From positions 1-64,000 of IMG/VR virus record IMGVR_UViG_3300009788_000106: DNA of 64,000 nt; one strand, 5' to 3'. The DNA comes from a virus. The notes beneath the pieces are model-generated. The model saw only the letters and a program-made list of their open reading frames with translations, ran no database searches and was not told where the DNA came from. Position 1 is the stretch's first letter; each line of letters starts with the position of its first letter. The position numbers and the translations under genes are program-made. Positions 17,163-27,774 of the stretch are shown piece after piece.

Positions 17163-17540
17163 ATGAACGAGATCGTGAATCCCGTTGTTTCGATCCAGTT
17201 GGATCGACCCCGCAACCTTCGCATTACCTTCAACACCTTGGTTGAGATTGAACAGGAAACCGGCAAGAGCATTATGGACCGGGCAACCTGGCTAGAGCTC
17301 GGTGTCAGGGACCTTCGCATTATCCTGTGGGCTGCACTCAAACACGAAGACCCCTCCCTGACGATTGACGACGTGGGCCGAATGCTCGGGCCGCAAAACA
17401 TGGAGGACGTGGCAAACGCCATCGGCAAGGCCTTCGAGGTAAGCATGGCAAGGAGTGAGCAGGGCCCTTTAGCCCCGAAGGAGGAGAAGGAACCGACCAG
17501 CAAAGCAGCGGAATTGAAGGCAGTCGCGGCCGCTGGTTAA
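17163..17540 (+). CDS. tail assembly chaperone (gpG-like)
   Basis: LRITFNTLVEIEQETGKSI is typical of tail assembly chaperones; it sits immediately upstream of the tape measure gene. Confidence 0.65.
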   Translation: MNEIVNPVVSIQLDRPRNLRITFNTLVEIEQETGKSIMDRATWLELGVRDLRIILWAALKHEDPSLTIDDVGRMLGPQNMEDVANAIGKAFEVSMARSEQGPLAPKEEKEPTSKAAELKAVAAAG

Positions 17541-17893
17541 GTCTGTGGTCCATTGCTCGCATCCACCTTGGCTACAATTCGGATGCCGAGTTCTGGGACT
17601 CTGTACCCCGCACGTTCTACGACCGGTTCGACGTGTGGCAACAGTCGGAGAAGAATAAGGATGCACGAGCCGGTCAAATTGCGGCAGCAGTAGCAAACTC
17701 GGTTCGAGACGGTAAGAAGCAGAAGAAGCCGATTGAACCCTGGGACTTTTTCCCCAGTTTGAAACCGAAGCCCAAGGCAACCGACAAGCCCCACTGGCAG
17801 GGGATGTTGGACTTGGTTAAGCAAATGAATGCCAGACTTGGTGGCCGTGTAATACCTAAGAGGGAGAAGCACAATGGGGATGAAACTTGCTGA
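17163..17893 (+). CDS. tail assembly chaperone G-T fusion via a programmed -1 frameshift at CCCTTTA (17465-17471)
   Basis: The -1 frame is open from 17459 to 17893. The heptamer C_CCT_TTA is in register with the G frame. The T-extension contains FWDSVPRTFYDRFDVW and ends overlapping the TMP start. Confidence 0.5.
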
Positions 17894-20800
17894 TCTGTTC
17901 GTCCGAATTGGGGCTGATATTAGCGGATTCTCGCGTGGCCTCCAGAAGGCGCAGAAGTCACTAGCAACAGTAGGGGCCGACATGCAACGGGCCGGTATGG
18001 CCATGTCGCTTGCTATCACTGTACCTATGGTAGCCGCGGCCGCTGCCGGCCTAAAGCTTGCTGGTGACTTCGAAGCTGGGATGAACAAGGTTGCCGCAGT
18101 GTCTGGGGCAACTGGTGCTGAGTTTGAAGCCCTTGAAAAACAAGCTCGGGACCTTGGCAAGACCACCAAGTTCACCGCAGGGGAAGCCGCTGACGCGATG
18201 GGTTTCCTTGCCATGGCCGGCATGGAAACTACCGACATCATGGGGTCCATGACGGATACCTTGAACTTAGCAGCCGCAGCAAACATTGGGCTGGCTGAAT
18301 CAGCCGACGTCATTACCAACATTCTCAAAGGCTACGGTTTGGAAGTCGAGGACTTGGCCGCCGCCACTGATACCCTTGCTACCATCATGTCCTCGGCAAA
18401 TACGGACCTGACCCAGCTTGGTACAGCGTTCAAGTTTGTCGGCCCCGTTGCTGCAGGTGTTGGCCTACGCTTCAATGAGATGGCAGCCGCGATCGGTCTA
18501 CTTGGTAACGCCGGCATCCAAGGTTCCATGGCAGGTACCAGTCTCCGCAAGATCATCACGAGCCTACTTGGTCCCTCAAAAGAGGGTGCCAATATCATGA
18601 AGAAGTACGGTATCAACGTGCTCGACGCCGCTGGTAACATGCTGCCAATGGCGGCCATCACTGAACAGTTCGCCGCGGGGTTTGAAAAGGTAGGCAGCAG
18701 CGCCGAGCACTCAGCTGATATGATGGAGTTGATTGGTCTGCGTGGTGGGCCAGCAATGATTTCAATCATTGATCAAGGCGCAGATGCAATGCGCAACCTT
18801 GAAGAGAAGGCTGATAAAGCCGCGGGGTCTGTTGGGCGTATGGCCGAGACCATGATGAAGGGTCTCAAGGGCAGCATGACCAAGATGAGGTCGGCGTTAC
18901 AGGATGCCGGTATTTCCTTGGGTCAGATCCTCGCCCCGCATATGGAGCGGTTGGTCAAGCTGACTACTAAACTGGCAAACAAGTTCTCCGAACTGGCTAC
19001 CAAGTTCAAGGAGTTGCCGGCGCCTATCCAAGCGACTGCACTCGCCTTTGCAGCCTTCGTCACAGCACTGGGACCGGTCCTCATGGTGACCGGAATACTC
19101 CTTCAGCAGGTCGCATCATTCAAATTGCTAGTACCAGCGCTTGCCAAGGTGGGCGGAGGGTTCACGAAGTTTGGTGGCGTGCTGGCAAAGCTGGCCATGA
19201 CGATCAAGGGTATTGGGTTCGCTGCCATGTGGGCGTCCATTAAAGCTGGCGTGGTGGCCGTTATCTCCACTCTGACAGCCTTGTCGGGTGGAACGCTGGC
19301 CATTGTTATTGCCGCGATTGTGGCGCTCGGGGCGGCCTTGTTCGTGGTCATCAAACACTGGCACAACGTGAAGGACGTGATTGAGTCCTTCGGCCGGGAC
19401 CTAGCCAGAATGTTCCTAAAAGTGGTCGGTGTCATTGCCGACTTCGGTAAGAACGTAGCGCAGGTATTCACTGCTATCGGCAACTGGATCGTGAAGTGGG
19501 TCGTTCGGATCTTCGGCCAGGAGTTCTTCGACCGCATCAAGAAAATCTGGGGCGGCATTGTCAACTTCTTCAAAAGCGCGTGGGCCAAGATTACCAAGTT
19601 TTTCGAAGGAGGGTTCGGCAAGATCGTTGCGATGGCAGGTAATCTGGCCCGCAAGCTGGGGCTTGAGGAAACCGCGGACGCCTTCGCCCGCTGGAAACTT
19701 GAACTGGACCTGGCGGCCGAGGGGGCCCACGACTTCATTGGACCGCTGGTACACATGGGTCCTCTCGCGCAGGACGTTGTAAAGCAAGTCAAGCTACTCC
19801 CATTCGCCATCCATGAGGCAACCGAAGAGGCAACCGAGTTCGCACGTGCCATGTTTGAGGCCGGCACCGAAACCGAACGGGTGCTTGACGAAATCCCGAA
19901 GACCTTTGATGAATTGATTGAAGCTGTCAAGAAGGCAGAGCGCAAGCTCCTACCCTTCTGGCAAAGTGCATCCGACATGGCTGAGGGGCACCGCCAGGCC
20001 GTCGAGGAGCAGCTAAAGGTATACGACAAGCTTGGCGTCACGGCCGGCCCAGCAATCGACGCTCTGCGCCGGGAGCTGGTGCGGCTGGACGGAGTCATGG
20101 CCCAGATCACGCAGCACAGTTTGGACGATGAGTTCAAGGCGCTACAGGTGGCCGTGCAGTCTGGAGTTGTCAAGAGCATCAAGGAGCTCTCTACCGAATT
20201 GGAAGTGGCGGGCGGTCTCCTCGACACCCTAGCTCAGGAGTCGCTCACGGCCGTCACTGAAGGCATGGTCGCGGCCGACAAGGCAATGAAGGCTTACGGC
20301 GTCACCAGTGTCCATGAGATCGAGAAAATGATTGCGGCTCATGAGGACAACCGGGAAGCCATACTGAAGACTTGGGAAGATGGCACCGATAGCGCCGGTG
20401 ACTACTGGCGTGTGGTCATCAAGTCCTTGGAGAAACAGATTGACCTGACACGGCAACTCGGGCACGATACCAAGGGGCTGGAGAAGGAGTTAGACGCAGC
20501 CGGGGATGCTCTAAAGGAAACGGGTGTTGGCTGGGACAAGGTATCAAAGAAGGCGGGTGAAGCCGGCTTCGTTATGAAGCAGGTGTCAACCATCGTCACT
20601 GACCTGTCGAAGGGTATTGCCGACGCCATCCTTGAGGGCAAGAACTTCGGGGAAGTTGTCGTGAACGTGTTTGAGCAGGCGGGCAAAGCCGTCCTCCGGT
20701 TCGCAATTGAAACCATTGCCAAGACCCTGATGAATTCCTTGCTGAATGCACAAGGCGCTGTAGCGGGCCTTAGCAAGGCGTTCGACGGCCTGATGAAAGG

Positions 20801-22277
20801 CATTGACAAGCTCGTCGGCGGGGGCGCAGCCGGGGCCGCTGGTGGTGGTGGCGGAGCCATGGGCGCGCTGGCAATGGGTCCTCTCGGTATGTTGGGTACG
20901 CTGGGCACCATGGTTTCCAGCATCATCGGAAATTTCCAGAACGCCAAGATGGAAAAGACCATGAACGCCATCGAGGAGAACACGCGGTTCATTAAGATCT
21001 GGACCGGGGAGCAGGAGTTCTCCATCAGGAACAACACGGCCAAGACCCGCGAAGGTATTGGGTACCTGAACGCCAGCGCCGACACCATCAAAACGACCCT
21101 TCGGGAAATTGCCGAGACCCTTAACAACGGCATCTTTGTACAGGACTCCGAACTGGAGAAGACGGTTCGGGAAGCGAAGGAGGAAGCCAAGGTAACCGCC
21201 GAAGTCGCCACGTCCGAAATGACCGACGTGACCAAGGAAGTTGTCGCGGCCACAAACACTGTCGCCGAAGCCACGTACCAGACCCAGCGGAGCATCGACA
21301 CCCAGACGGACCATATCGATTACGGGTTTGATGAACTCAAGTCTGTACAGGAACGCGGGGCCGAGATCCTGCAGGAGCTGGGAAGCAATGTGGACAATTG
21401 GGGCAGCGTGATGGATGAGGTCGCCTCCGGGATGATTACCGTGGCAAACGCGGTGAGCACCCAGACCCGGAGTCTCAATGCGCTCATGGGCGGCGGCAAC
21501 ATTACACCGACCACGCACCTGCCTGACGCCGCCATTCAGGCAAAGCAGTTGTACTATCTCAGGTTCCTAGAGAACTTGGATGTACCGCTGTCAAATGCCT
21601 TGGCGTTCATGGAACGGTCACTGGTGAGTGTGGGCCAGCAGTTCAGCCAGTTCGAGCCGCTGGACAAGAAGAACGTGGATGAGTACGAAAGCCTACAAAA
21701 GGAACTGGTCACCCTTCAGAAGAAGGAGCGTAAGACCCAGAAGGAGCAACTGCGAATTCTCGAGATTGAGGACAAGCTGCTGAAGCTGGAAGCACGGAAC
21801 CTAGACAACCGCGAGGACCTGCGTAACGACGAGGTTACCTCAGCAAACCAGTATGGCCGCGACCTTGGCACTGCTGCGACCGCGGTGACCTCCGGGTCGA
21901 ATAGATTGCGCCAGGCCGGTACAGCAGCCGGGGTGGCCATTAACGACTCGTTCGGTAGCGTGACCAAGGCTGTCCAAGCCGGGGTCTCCAAGCTGGCGTC
22001 CGGGGCCGTGGCAACTGTCGGCAAAATCACGTCTGTGTACGCAGGTGGTTTGCAGGATGTTGCTCGGTCACCCTTCGTGCCAGCGCCTCCGGGCGGCGGT
22101 GGTGGACAACAGGCGGGCATTACGAATACTGGAATCTGGGGAATGAATGCGGCTCCTCAGTTCTACACCAAGCCGCCGCAAGTGGTCAATCTTTTCGTGG
22201 ACGTGAACAATGCGGACGCAAAGAAAGTAGCGGATGAAATGGTCGGCACCTGGCGCAGCGCCGGTGTGGACATCTAA
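17874..22277 (+). CDS. tape measure protein (1467 aa)
   Basis: Very long, Ala/Gly-rich, with TM-like segments and coiled-coil regions, downstream of G/T. Confidence 0.85.
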   Translation: MGMKLADLFVRIGADISGFSRGLQKAQKSLATVGADMQRAGMAMSLAITVPMVAAAAAGLKLAGDFEAGMNKVAAVSGATGAEFEALEKQARDLGKTTKFTAGEAADAMGFLAMAGMETTDIMGSMTDTLNLAAAANIGLAESADVITNILKGYGLEVEDLAAATDTLATIMSSANTDLTQLGTAFKFVGPVAAGVGLRFNEMAAAIGLLGNAGIQGSMAGTSLRKIITSLLGPSKEGANIMKKYGINVLDAAGNMLPMAAITEQFAAGFEKVGSSAEHSADMMELIGLRGGPAMISIIDQGADAMRNLEEKADKAAGSVGRMAETMMKGLKGSMTKMRSALQDAGISLGQILAPHMERLVKLTTKLANKFSELATKFKELPAPIQATALAFAAFVTALGPVLMVTGILLQQVASFKLLVPALAKVGGGFTKFGGVLAKLAMTIKGIGFAAMWASIKAGVVAVISTLTALSGGTLAIVIAAIVALGAALFVVIKHWHNVKDVIESFGRDLARMFLKVVGVIADFGKNVAQVFTAIGNWIVKWVVRIFGQEFFDRIKKIWGGIVNFFKSAWAKITKFFEGGFGKIVAMAGNLARKLGLEETADAFARWKLELDLAAEGAHDFIGPLVHMGPLAQDVVKQVKLLPFAIHEATEEATEFARAMFEAGTETERVLDEIPKTFDELIEAVKKAERKLLPFWQSASDMAEGHRQAVEEQLKVYDKLGVTAGPAIDALRRELVRLDGVMAQITQHSLDDEFKALQVAVQSGVVKSIKELSTELEVAGGLLDTLAQESLTAVTEGMVAADKAMKAYGVTSVHEIEKMIAAHEDNREAILKTWEDGTDSAGDYWRVVIKSLEKQIDLTRQLGHDTKGLEKELDAAGDALKETGVGWDKVSKKAGEAGFVMKQVSTIVTDLSKGIADAILEGKNFGEVVVNVFEQAGKAVLRFAIETIAKTLMNSLLNAQGAVAGLSKAFDGLMKGIDKLVGGGAAGAAGGGGGAMGALAMGPLGMLGTLGTMVSSIIGNFQNAKMEKTMNAIEENTRFIKIWTGEQEFSIRNNTAKTREGIGYLNASADTIKTTLREIAETLNNGIFVQDSELEKTVREAKEEAKVTAEVATSEMTDVTKEVVAATNTVAEATYQTQRSIDTQTDHIDYGFDELKSVQERGAEILQELGSNVDNWGSVMDEVASGMITVANAVSTQTRSLNALMGGGNITPTTHLPDAAIQAKQLYYLRFLENLDVPLSNALAFMERSLVSVGQQFSQFEPLDKKNVDEYESLQKELVTLQKKERKTQKEQLRILEIEDKLLKLEARNLDNREDLRNDEVTSANQYGRDLGTAATAVTSGSNRLRQAGTAAGVAINDSFGSVTKAVQAGVSKLASGAVATVGKITSVYAGGLQDVARSPFVPAPPGGGGGQQAGITNTGIWGMNAAPQFYTKPPQVVNLFVDVNNADAKKVADEMVGTWRSAGVDI

Positions 22278-22301
22278 CGATAACTAACACTGGAGGACAA
22301 C

Positions 22302-22712
22302 ATGAGTTCATTTCTGTACGACAAAGGGCGGAACGCCTTTCTTGAAGGTGACCTTGCATGGGACACTGATGACATCCGATGCATTTTTGTGGATTCGGCG
22401 GACTACACCGTTGACCAGAATGCCGACGACTTCCTTGATGACATCCCGGCCGGCGCTCGCGTGGCGGTAAGTGCCGCTTCCCTGGCAAACAAGACATCGG
22501 TGGATGGCATTGCTGATGCTGATGACCTCACGATCAACTCCGTGAGTGGTGACCAGTTCGAGGCCCTCGTGCTTTACTTGCACACTGGCGCCGAAGGCAC
22601 CAGCCAGCTGATCGCATACATTGACGATTACACTGGCCTGCCGACCACGCCGAACGGTGGCAACATTACCGTGTCCTGGCCGAACGGTAGCAACAAGATC
22701 TTCAAGCTCTAA
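22302..22712 (+). CDS. hypothetical minor tail protein (136 aa)
   Basis: Position immediately after TMP; RBS GGAGGA. Confidence 0.35.
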   Translation: MSSFLYDKGRNAFLEGDLAWDTDDIRCIFVDSADYTVDQNADDFLDDIPAGARVAVSAASLANKTSVDGIADADDLTINSVSGDQFEALVLYLHTGAEGTSQLIAYIDDYTGLPTTPNGGNITVSWPNGSNKIFKL

Positions 22713-22723
22713 GGGAGGGTGTT

Positions 22724-23803
22724 ATGGCGGTCATTCTATTCACAGGTTTCGACCTGACGGACGACGCTGACCAGTTCCCGTTCCTGACCTCGAACTCAGG
22801 TCTCAGCACCGTGGCTACGACGCTGACGAGGTACAACTATGGGAGGTGCTTGTCCATCAGCACTGCGACGCCCGGGAACATTGATCTCGGGTCTGCCTAC
22901 GACGAGGTGATCGTTGAATTCGATATGCGTTTCGACACCATCGAGACCGGGGCTGGCACACCGGCCGGGGCCATGATTCAGTTTATGGATGAGGACGGCA
23001 ATGGCATCGGCGCCATTTGCCAGTCGAGCAGTTCGGGCGCCAATGTGAACATCCAATGGCGTGATTGGGGTGGCACTATTCGTGGCAGCGCCTCCACAGG
23101 GTATCCTCTCCCTCAAAGCACTTGGTTCCATATTGGCATTCGTGTCAAGGTCCACGCGACGCTAGGTGAGATCGAGGTTTGGACTGATGCCAGTGGTTCG
23201 CAGGTAAAAATCCTGGACGTCACCGGCGTGGACACCGAGTACATCGGTGGCAAGACGATTCAGTATGTGAATGGCCGGCGCGCCCTGTTCTCGGGTAGCT
23301 TCCGTCTGGACAACTTTATTGCCATGGACTTGACTGGGGCCAAGGACAACACGTTCAAGGGGCCGTCCCGAGTGTACTTCGGCAACCCCGCCAGCGATGG
23401 GGACCTCACTGACTTCGCACCAAATGCCAGTACTAACGTATCTCAGGTGGACGAAAACCCGCCAGACGAGGACAGCACTTTCAATGAGTCTTCGACTTCC
23501 GGGCATAAGGATTGCTTTAACTTCCCGACATGGACCGGTGTGATCGATGGCGGGTTAGACATTGCGGCTGTTGCTGTGACCGCGCTTGCCCGGAAGACCG
23601 ATGCCTCAGCTATCAGCCTCGCGGCTATGGGCAGGAAATCCGCAGTGAGCTATGAAGGGACGGCCGTGCCGCTCAAGGACAGCTTCACAGTCCGGGCTGA
23701 CTCAGACTTCCCGCTTGAGATTTGGACCGAGGACCCGGCAACGGCTTCCGACTGGGACCTCGCCGCACTGAACGCATTTCAGTGGGGATACGCAATTCCA
23801 TAA
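22724..23803 (+). CDS. minor tail protein (possible distal tail protein)
   Basis: Gene order after TMP; RBS GGGAGGG; 359 aa. Confidence 0.4.
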   Translation: MAVILFTGFDLTDDADQFPFLTSNSGLSTVATTLTRYNYGRCLSISTATPGNIDLGSAYDEVIVEFDMRFDTIETGAGTPAGAMIQFMDEDGNGIGAICQSSSSGANVNIQWRDWGGTIRGSASTGYPLPQSTWFHIGIRVKVHATLGEIEVWTDASGSQVKILDVTGVDTEYIGGKTIQYVNGRRALFSGSFRLDNFIAMDLTGAKDNTFKGPSRVYFGNPASDGDLTDFAPNASTNVSQVDENPPDEDSTFNESSTSGHKDCFNFPTWTGVIDGGLDIAAVAVTALARKTDASAISLAAMGRKSAVSYEGTAVPLKDSFTVRADSDFPLEIWTEDPATASDWDLAALNAFQWGYAIP

Positions 23804-23814
23804 TTGGAGGCTAA

Positions 23815-26493
23815 ATGGCTGGAAGAGTTACAACTGTTGGTGTAGAAGTCTTCGTAACAGGTGGCGTCCCGGGGGCGCGGGTTACCACTGTCGGCGTCGA
23901 GGCCTTCGTACCCGGTGGAACACCGGGAGCCCGAGTCACGGCCGTCGGCGTCGAGGTCTTCCAGCCCCTTACTCCGAGCACTCCGCCCGAACAAGACATC
24001 GACGCTTCGGCCCAGAATGGTATTGCCTCCGGTGAAGCCTTGGGGACCGCTGGTTATGTCTATGAGTACCTCATTGAAGGTGTGACCGGTATCGCCTCCG
24101 AGGAGGCCTTCGACATTGGCACCATTACCCTTGATCTACTAATCGACGGGTCTGCCCTGGCCGGCATCGCCAGCGGTGAGGACTTCCCCCTTGGTTCCTT
24201 GACCGGCCCGATCACAGGCGTGGCCGGCATTGTCTCTGCTGAGGCCTTCGAGTCCGCAGGGTCCATTAGCAACAACACGATCATCGGCGTAGGGTTCTCC
24301 ATTGCCAGTCTAGAAGCCTTCGGCGCTGGGGATCTGTCCTTCGAGGGCGGTCCCATTGAAGGCGTAACGGGTATCCCCTCGGCAGAAGCCTTCCCGCTTG
24401 GCATCGTGGCTGGCCCGATTGTAGGCGTGGCTGGTATTGCCAGTGCTGAGACGATGGGGGATGGTGCGGTCGCTGCCGTGGGTACACTGATCACGGGCGT
24501 GAGTGGTATTGCGAGTCTTGAGTTCTTCAGCCCGAACGGCACGCTTCAAGGCGGTCCCATTGGCCTGCTAGGTATTGCCTCCGGTGAAGTGTTTGGGCCT
24601 GGCACTGTACTGCGTGTTGACGATGAGTTCCTTGAGAACTCGAACTACCTTGTCTACGTGGATGGAGACCCGATTAACGACTACCTTCGGGAGTCCTCTG
24701 TCTCCGGCGACTTCCAGCTAAACTTCAACGGCACTTGCTCATTCATGACAGTTGACGAGACCGGCGCGTGGGAGCCCGAAGTGGGGCAGGAAATTGTCAT
24801 CATGCGGTATGTGGCCGCAACCGACTCATGGGACCGGGCCTTCGGTGGCTCAGTACAGAACGTACAGATCACACGGAATCCCGGAAGCACGACCACGTTC
24901 CACCAAGTCTCGGGCGTGGACTATGGACACTTCGCCGGGCGGCGCGTGCTGAAGAAAAAGTTTAACAAGGATGAGTATGGGACGCTCACCAGCATCCTGC
25001 AATTCATTAACGACACCATCCTTGTAGATGAGGGCATCACGTGGGTTAACCGTGGAGACCCTGGCACGACCATTGACACCATCGAGTTCAACTACATCTA
25101 CTTGAACCAAGTGTTTGACCAGCTAAAGGAAATCACCGGCTGGGACTGGGCAACGGACAGGTGGCGCAACTTCTACATGTATAACCGACCGGCCGAAACG
25201 ATTGCGGCCCCGTTCCAGATCCGGGACGACACGACCGGGCAGTATGCAGAAATCCATCGTGACGCGCGTGTCACCCGGGATCGCGGCCTATACAGAAACG
25301 TTCAGCATGTCAAGGCAAACATCCCGACGCTGGGTGATCCCGACGGTGCTGGTAGTGGTTCTGGTTACTACTGGTCCACAGCAGGTGGCGTGGTGACAGA
25401 GACCTATGATGTGGGCCTGAACGATGGCCTGCGGTACTTCGATGGCAAACTACTTGAGGACCACAGGTACGACGGGCTGGTAAACAATATCATTTCATTC
25501 TCAATCAACGGCTCGCCCGCAACCGTATGGCCGGTCAACATCGATGGCACGTGGGGCAACGCCCCTGGCGGCTGGGACTTCAAGGCCATTTGGCCGCGGG
25601 AGATTTCCTACATTTGGGATATTGCCGGGCGCTGGGACGAAGCACCACAGGCAGGCGACTCTGTTACTATCACATTCAGTTCCGAAGCTGGTGGCACGGC
25701 ACCGCCTGTAATCTCGACTGATGTAACCGACCCGGCAGTGATAGGCGAGATCACCGTGCGGGCCGAGATCGAACCGGGCTCGGGTATCTACGAGAACGTT
25801 TATGACGCTGGCACCATTGACGACCCGGCACTACTAGAGACCATTGCTACGGAACTTCTGTCCCAGTTCGGGGAGATGGGGCTGGAAGTTGAGATCGAAA
25901 CGCACAGGGACGGCCTATGGCCGGGGCAAACCCTGCGTGTGGACTTGCCCGGACAGGGCGTTGACGAAGAGGACTTGATCATTGAGCAGGTGTCATTCCA
26001 AGAGGAGCAGAAGACCAAGTTGCTTTACAGGGTCAAGGCGTCCAACAAGATCCAGCAGCGGGATGCTCAGGCAGCAATTGCCCGGCTGATCCGTCGGATC
26101 AACAAGGCGCCGAAGGTGACCGGCAACTCGTTCTTGTTTGAGCTCGCCCCATCACAGCAAGGGTTCGTGAACCAAGGTATTCAGGTCGGGACCGATGTGG
26201 TACCGCACGCGCAAACGTTCCAGAACTTCACGTGCTCACAAATCATCGTTATGCCGAAGAACCCACCGACCGGGTCCTCTGCCACGTTCAATCTCAAGGC
26301 GGACGGTGCGACCATCCTGTCTGGTGGCGAACTGGAAATCCCGGCAGGGTCTGGCGAGTTCACCACGGCTGCATTAAGTGTACCGGCACTAACGATTCCG
26401 GCCGGTGCAACCTTGACAGTAGACGTGCTCACCGTGGGTTCCACTTCGCCGGGTTCGGACATTTCGATTCAACTGGTAGGGTTCTTCGGATGA
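23815..26493 (+). CDS. tail fibre / central tail protein with N-terminal 3x repeat and about 10 tandem G-[IV]-x-G-I-[AV]-S-x-E-[AT]-[FLM] repeats
   Basis: VTTVGVEVFV(T/P)GG(V/T)PGAR occurs 3 times at the N-terminus. Repeats GIASGEALG, GIASEEAFD, GIASGEDFP, GIVSAEAFE, SIASLEAFG, GIPSAEAFP, GIASAETMG, GIASLEFFS, GIASGEVFG follow. 892 aa. Confidence 0.5.
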   Translation: MAGRVTTVGVEVFVTGGVPGARVTTVGVEAFVPGGTPGARVTAVGVEVFQPLTPSTPPEQDIDASAQNGIASGEALGTAGYVYEYLIEGVTGIASEEAFDIGTITLDLLIDGSALAGIASGEDFPLGSLTGPITGVAGIVSAEAFESAGSISNNTIIGVGFSIASLEAFGAGDLSFEGGPIEGVTGIPSAEAFPLGIVAGPIVGVAGIASAETMGDGAVAAVGTLITGVSGIASLEFFSPNGTLQGGPIGLLGIASGEVFGPGTVLRVDDEFLENSNYLVYVDGDPINDYLRESSVSGDFQLNFNGTCSFMTVDETGAWEPEVGQEIVIMRYVAATDSWDRAFGGSVQNVQITRNPGSTTTFHQVSGVDYGHFAGRRVLKKKFNKDEYGTLTSILQFINDTILVDEGITWVNRGDPGTTIDTIEFNYIYLNQVFDQLKEITGWDWATDRWRNFYMYNRPAETIAAPFQIRDDTTGQYAEIHRDARVTRDRGLYRNVQHVKANIPTLGDPDGAGSGSGYYWSTAGGVVTETYDVGLNDGLRYFDGKLLEDHRYDGLVNNIISFSINGSPATVWPVNIDGTWGNAPGGWDFKAIWPREISYIWDIAGRWDEAPQAGDSVTITFSSEAGGTAPPVISTDVTDPAVIGEITVRAEIEPGSGIYENVYDAGTIDDPALLETIATELLSQFGEMGLEVEIETHRDGLWPGQTLRVDLPGQGVDEEDLIIEQVSFQEEQKTKLLYRVKASNKIQQRDAQAAIARLIRRINKAPKVTGNSFLFELAPSQQGFVNQGIQVGTDVVPHAQTFQNFTCSQIIVMPKNPPTGSSATFNLKADGATILSGGELEIPAGSGEFTTAALSVPALTIPAGATLTVDVLTVGSTSPGSDISIQLVGFFG
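24000..24620 (+). repeat. about 10 tandem, imperfect 27-33-nt coding repeats (GIASGEAFG units) in the tail fibre gene
   Basis: Repeated ggtattgcctccggtgaagc-like units; peptide repeats listed under the CDS. Confidence 0.5.
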
Positions 26494-27719
26494 CGTATGA
26501 TATGCTTGACGCCGGCACTATGTCGGGGCGCAGGGTGAACCTCTATCACTACACCGACGGGGGCGCCATTGGCGTTACACTGGAACAGTCCAGCAGCCCA
26601 CACACGAACGAGTGTACCTATCCTCGCGGGTTCAACACACGGGCGCACATGAACACAGGGTTCGGCAACAACTCGGTTCTAAGACCATTCAGAGAAGGCC
26701 CGGCAGGCAACCCAATTGGTATCTCTCAGTCTGAGTTTCGGGTGTCCTGTTACATGAAATGGTTTACGAACGTCACTTCGGATGGCTTCGTTGGAGACTC
26801 CGACTGCTTCCTAATCGGATCTGAGGAACCCGGTGACAATACCTTCCAGCCGGATATCAAGGTAGCAAGCTGGGGCGACAGACTTGGTGAGGAGAAAAAC
26901 AACCTTCAAATCTGGTCATCGGATGATGACAACGAGGGAAGTTTCCAGGGCACCTTCCTGGCCGGGTCTGCCAATGGCATTCTGGTCGAGGATGAATGGT
27001 ACCACATGGAATTCGTCGTCAGTGGTGGCACGCTCACGGTATACCAGGACGGCGTGAACGTCGTGAGTGCTGCCTGTGGTGGTGGTGCCATGTGCGGCTT
27101 TGGTTGGCAGCGGTTCGGGTTCAAGGGTTATGAGTTTCGCGAAGTTGCCATCCAGATCGGCAGCGGCCATGGCAGACTAGCTGATCACAAGGTTACTGCC
27201 AACTACCCACTCGCGGACTTCGGCCCGAACGAGTGGGAACTGCAGTCCAGTGGCCTTCCACCAGACAGCAACGCTGATGCGCTCCGGCAGATCGGGACGT
27301 CGTGGTTGACTGGAGACTCAGGCATAGAACTGTACAGCATTGAATGGTGCCCCTATGTTAAGGACATTCTTGCCGTCTCGCCACGGGTGTCGTGCAAGTC
27401 GAACGACTCCGTCAACCCGTTAACCACTGGTGCGATCAAGCTCATCGCCTACCATGTACCATCCACGACGTACTACTTCAGCGCACCGTGGACGGTACCC
27501 GCCTACAACGACATTGCCAGCGCCGAGGGGCGGCACTTCTGGAACGTCTGGTCCCAGAACCCAAACACCAGCGCCCCATGGTCGGCAGAGGAGTTCTACG
27601 ACTGGCGATTCGGGTTTCAGAACACAGGTGGGATTGACCTGTATGTATCGGAGTTTAGTGTAGAAGTACTTGGTGCGGCAAGTCTCGGATACGCACCAAA
27701 CCACACGCAAGTCATCTAG
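26490..27719 (+). CDS. putative receptor-binding tail protein with a concanavalin-A/LamG-like lectin domain
   Basis: EDEWYHMEFVVSGGTLTVYQDGVNVVSA is typical of LamG/ConA-like beta-sandwich domains. The ATG overlaps the upstream stop. Confidence 0.45.
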   Translation: MTYDMLDAGTMSGRRVNLYHYTDGGAIGVTLEQSSSPHTNECTYPRGFNTRAHMNTGFGNNSVLRPFREGPAGNPIGISQSEFRVSCYMKWFTNVTSDGFVGDSDCFLIGSEEPGDNTFQPDIKVASWGDRLGEEKNNLQIWSSDDDNEGSFQGTFLAGSANGILVEDEWYHMEFVVSGGTLTVYQDGVNVVSAACGGGAMCGFGWQRFGFKGYEFREVAIQIGSGHGRLADHKVTANYPLADFGPNEWELQSSGLPPDSNADALRQIGTSWLTGDSGIELYSIEWCPYVKDILAVSPRVSCKSNDSVNPLTTGAIKLIAYHVPSTTYYFSAPWTVPAYNDIASAEGRHFWNVWSQNPNTSAPWSAEEFYDWRFGFQNTGGIDLYVSEFSVEVLGAASLGYAPNHTQVI

Positions 27720-27774
27720 GGCGGGCAAGCGATAATCAACCCTTACTGGATGAAATAGCTAAGGGAGACCCGCA

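Noticed and set aside
19103-21518. Long antisense ORFs inside the tape measure gene (19103..20227, 20402..21301, 20586..21518)
   Set aside because: They are fully contained in the high-GC TMP coding region and are typical GC-frame artefacts with no start context.
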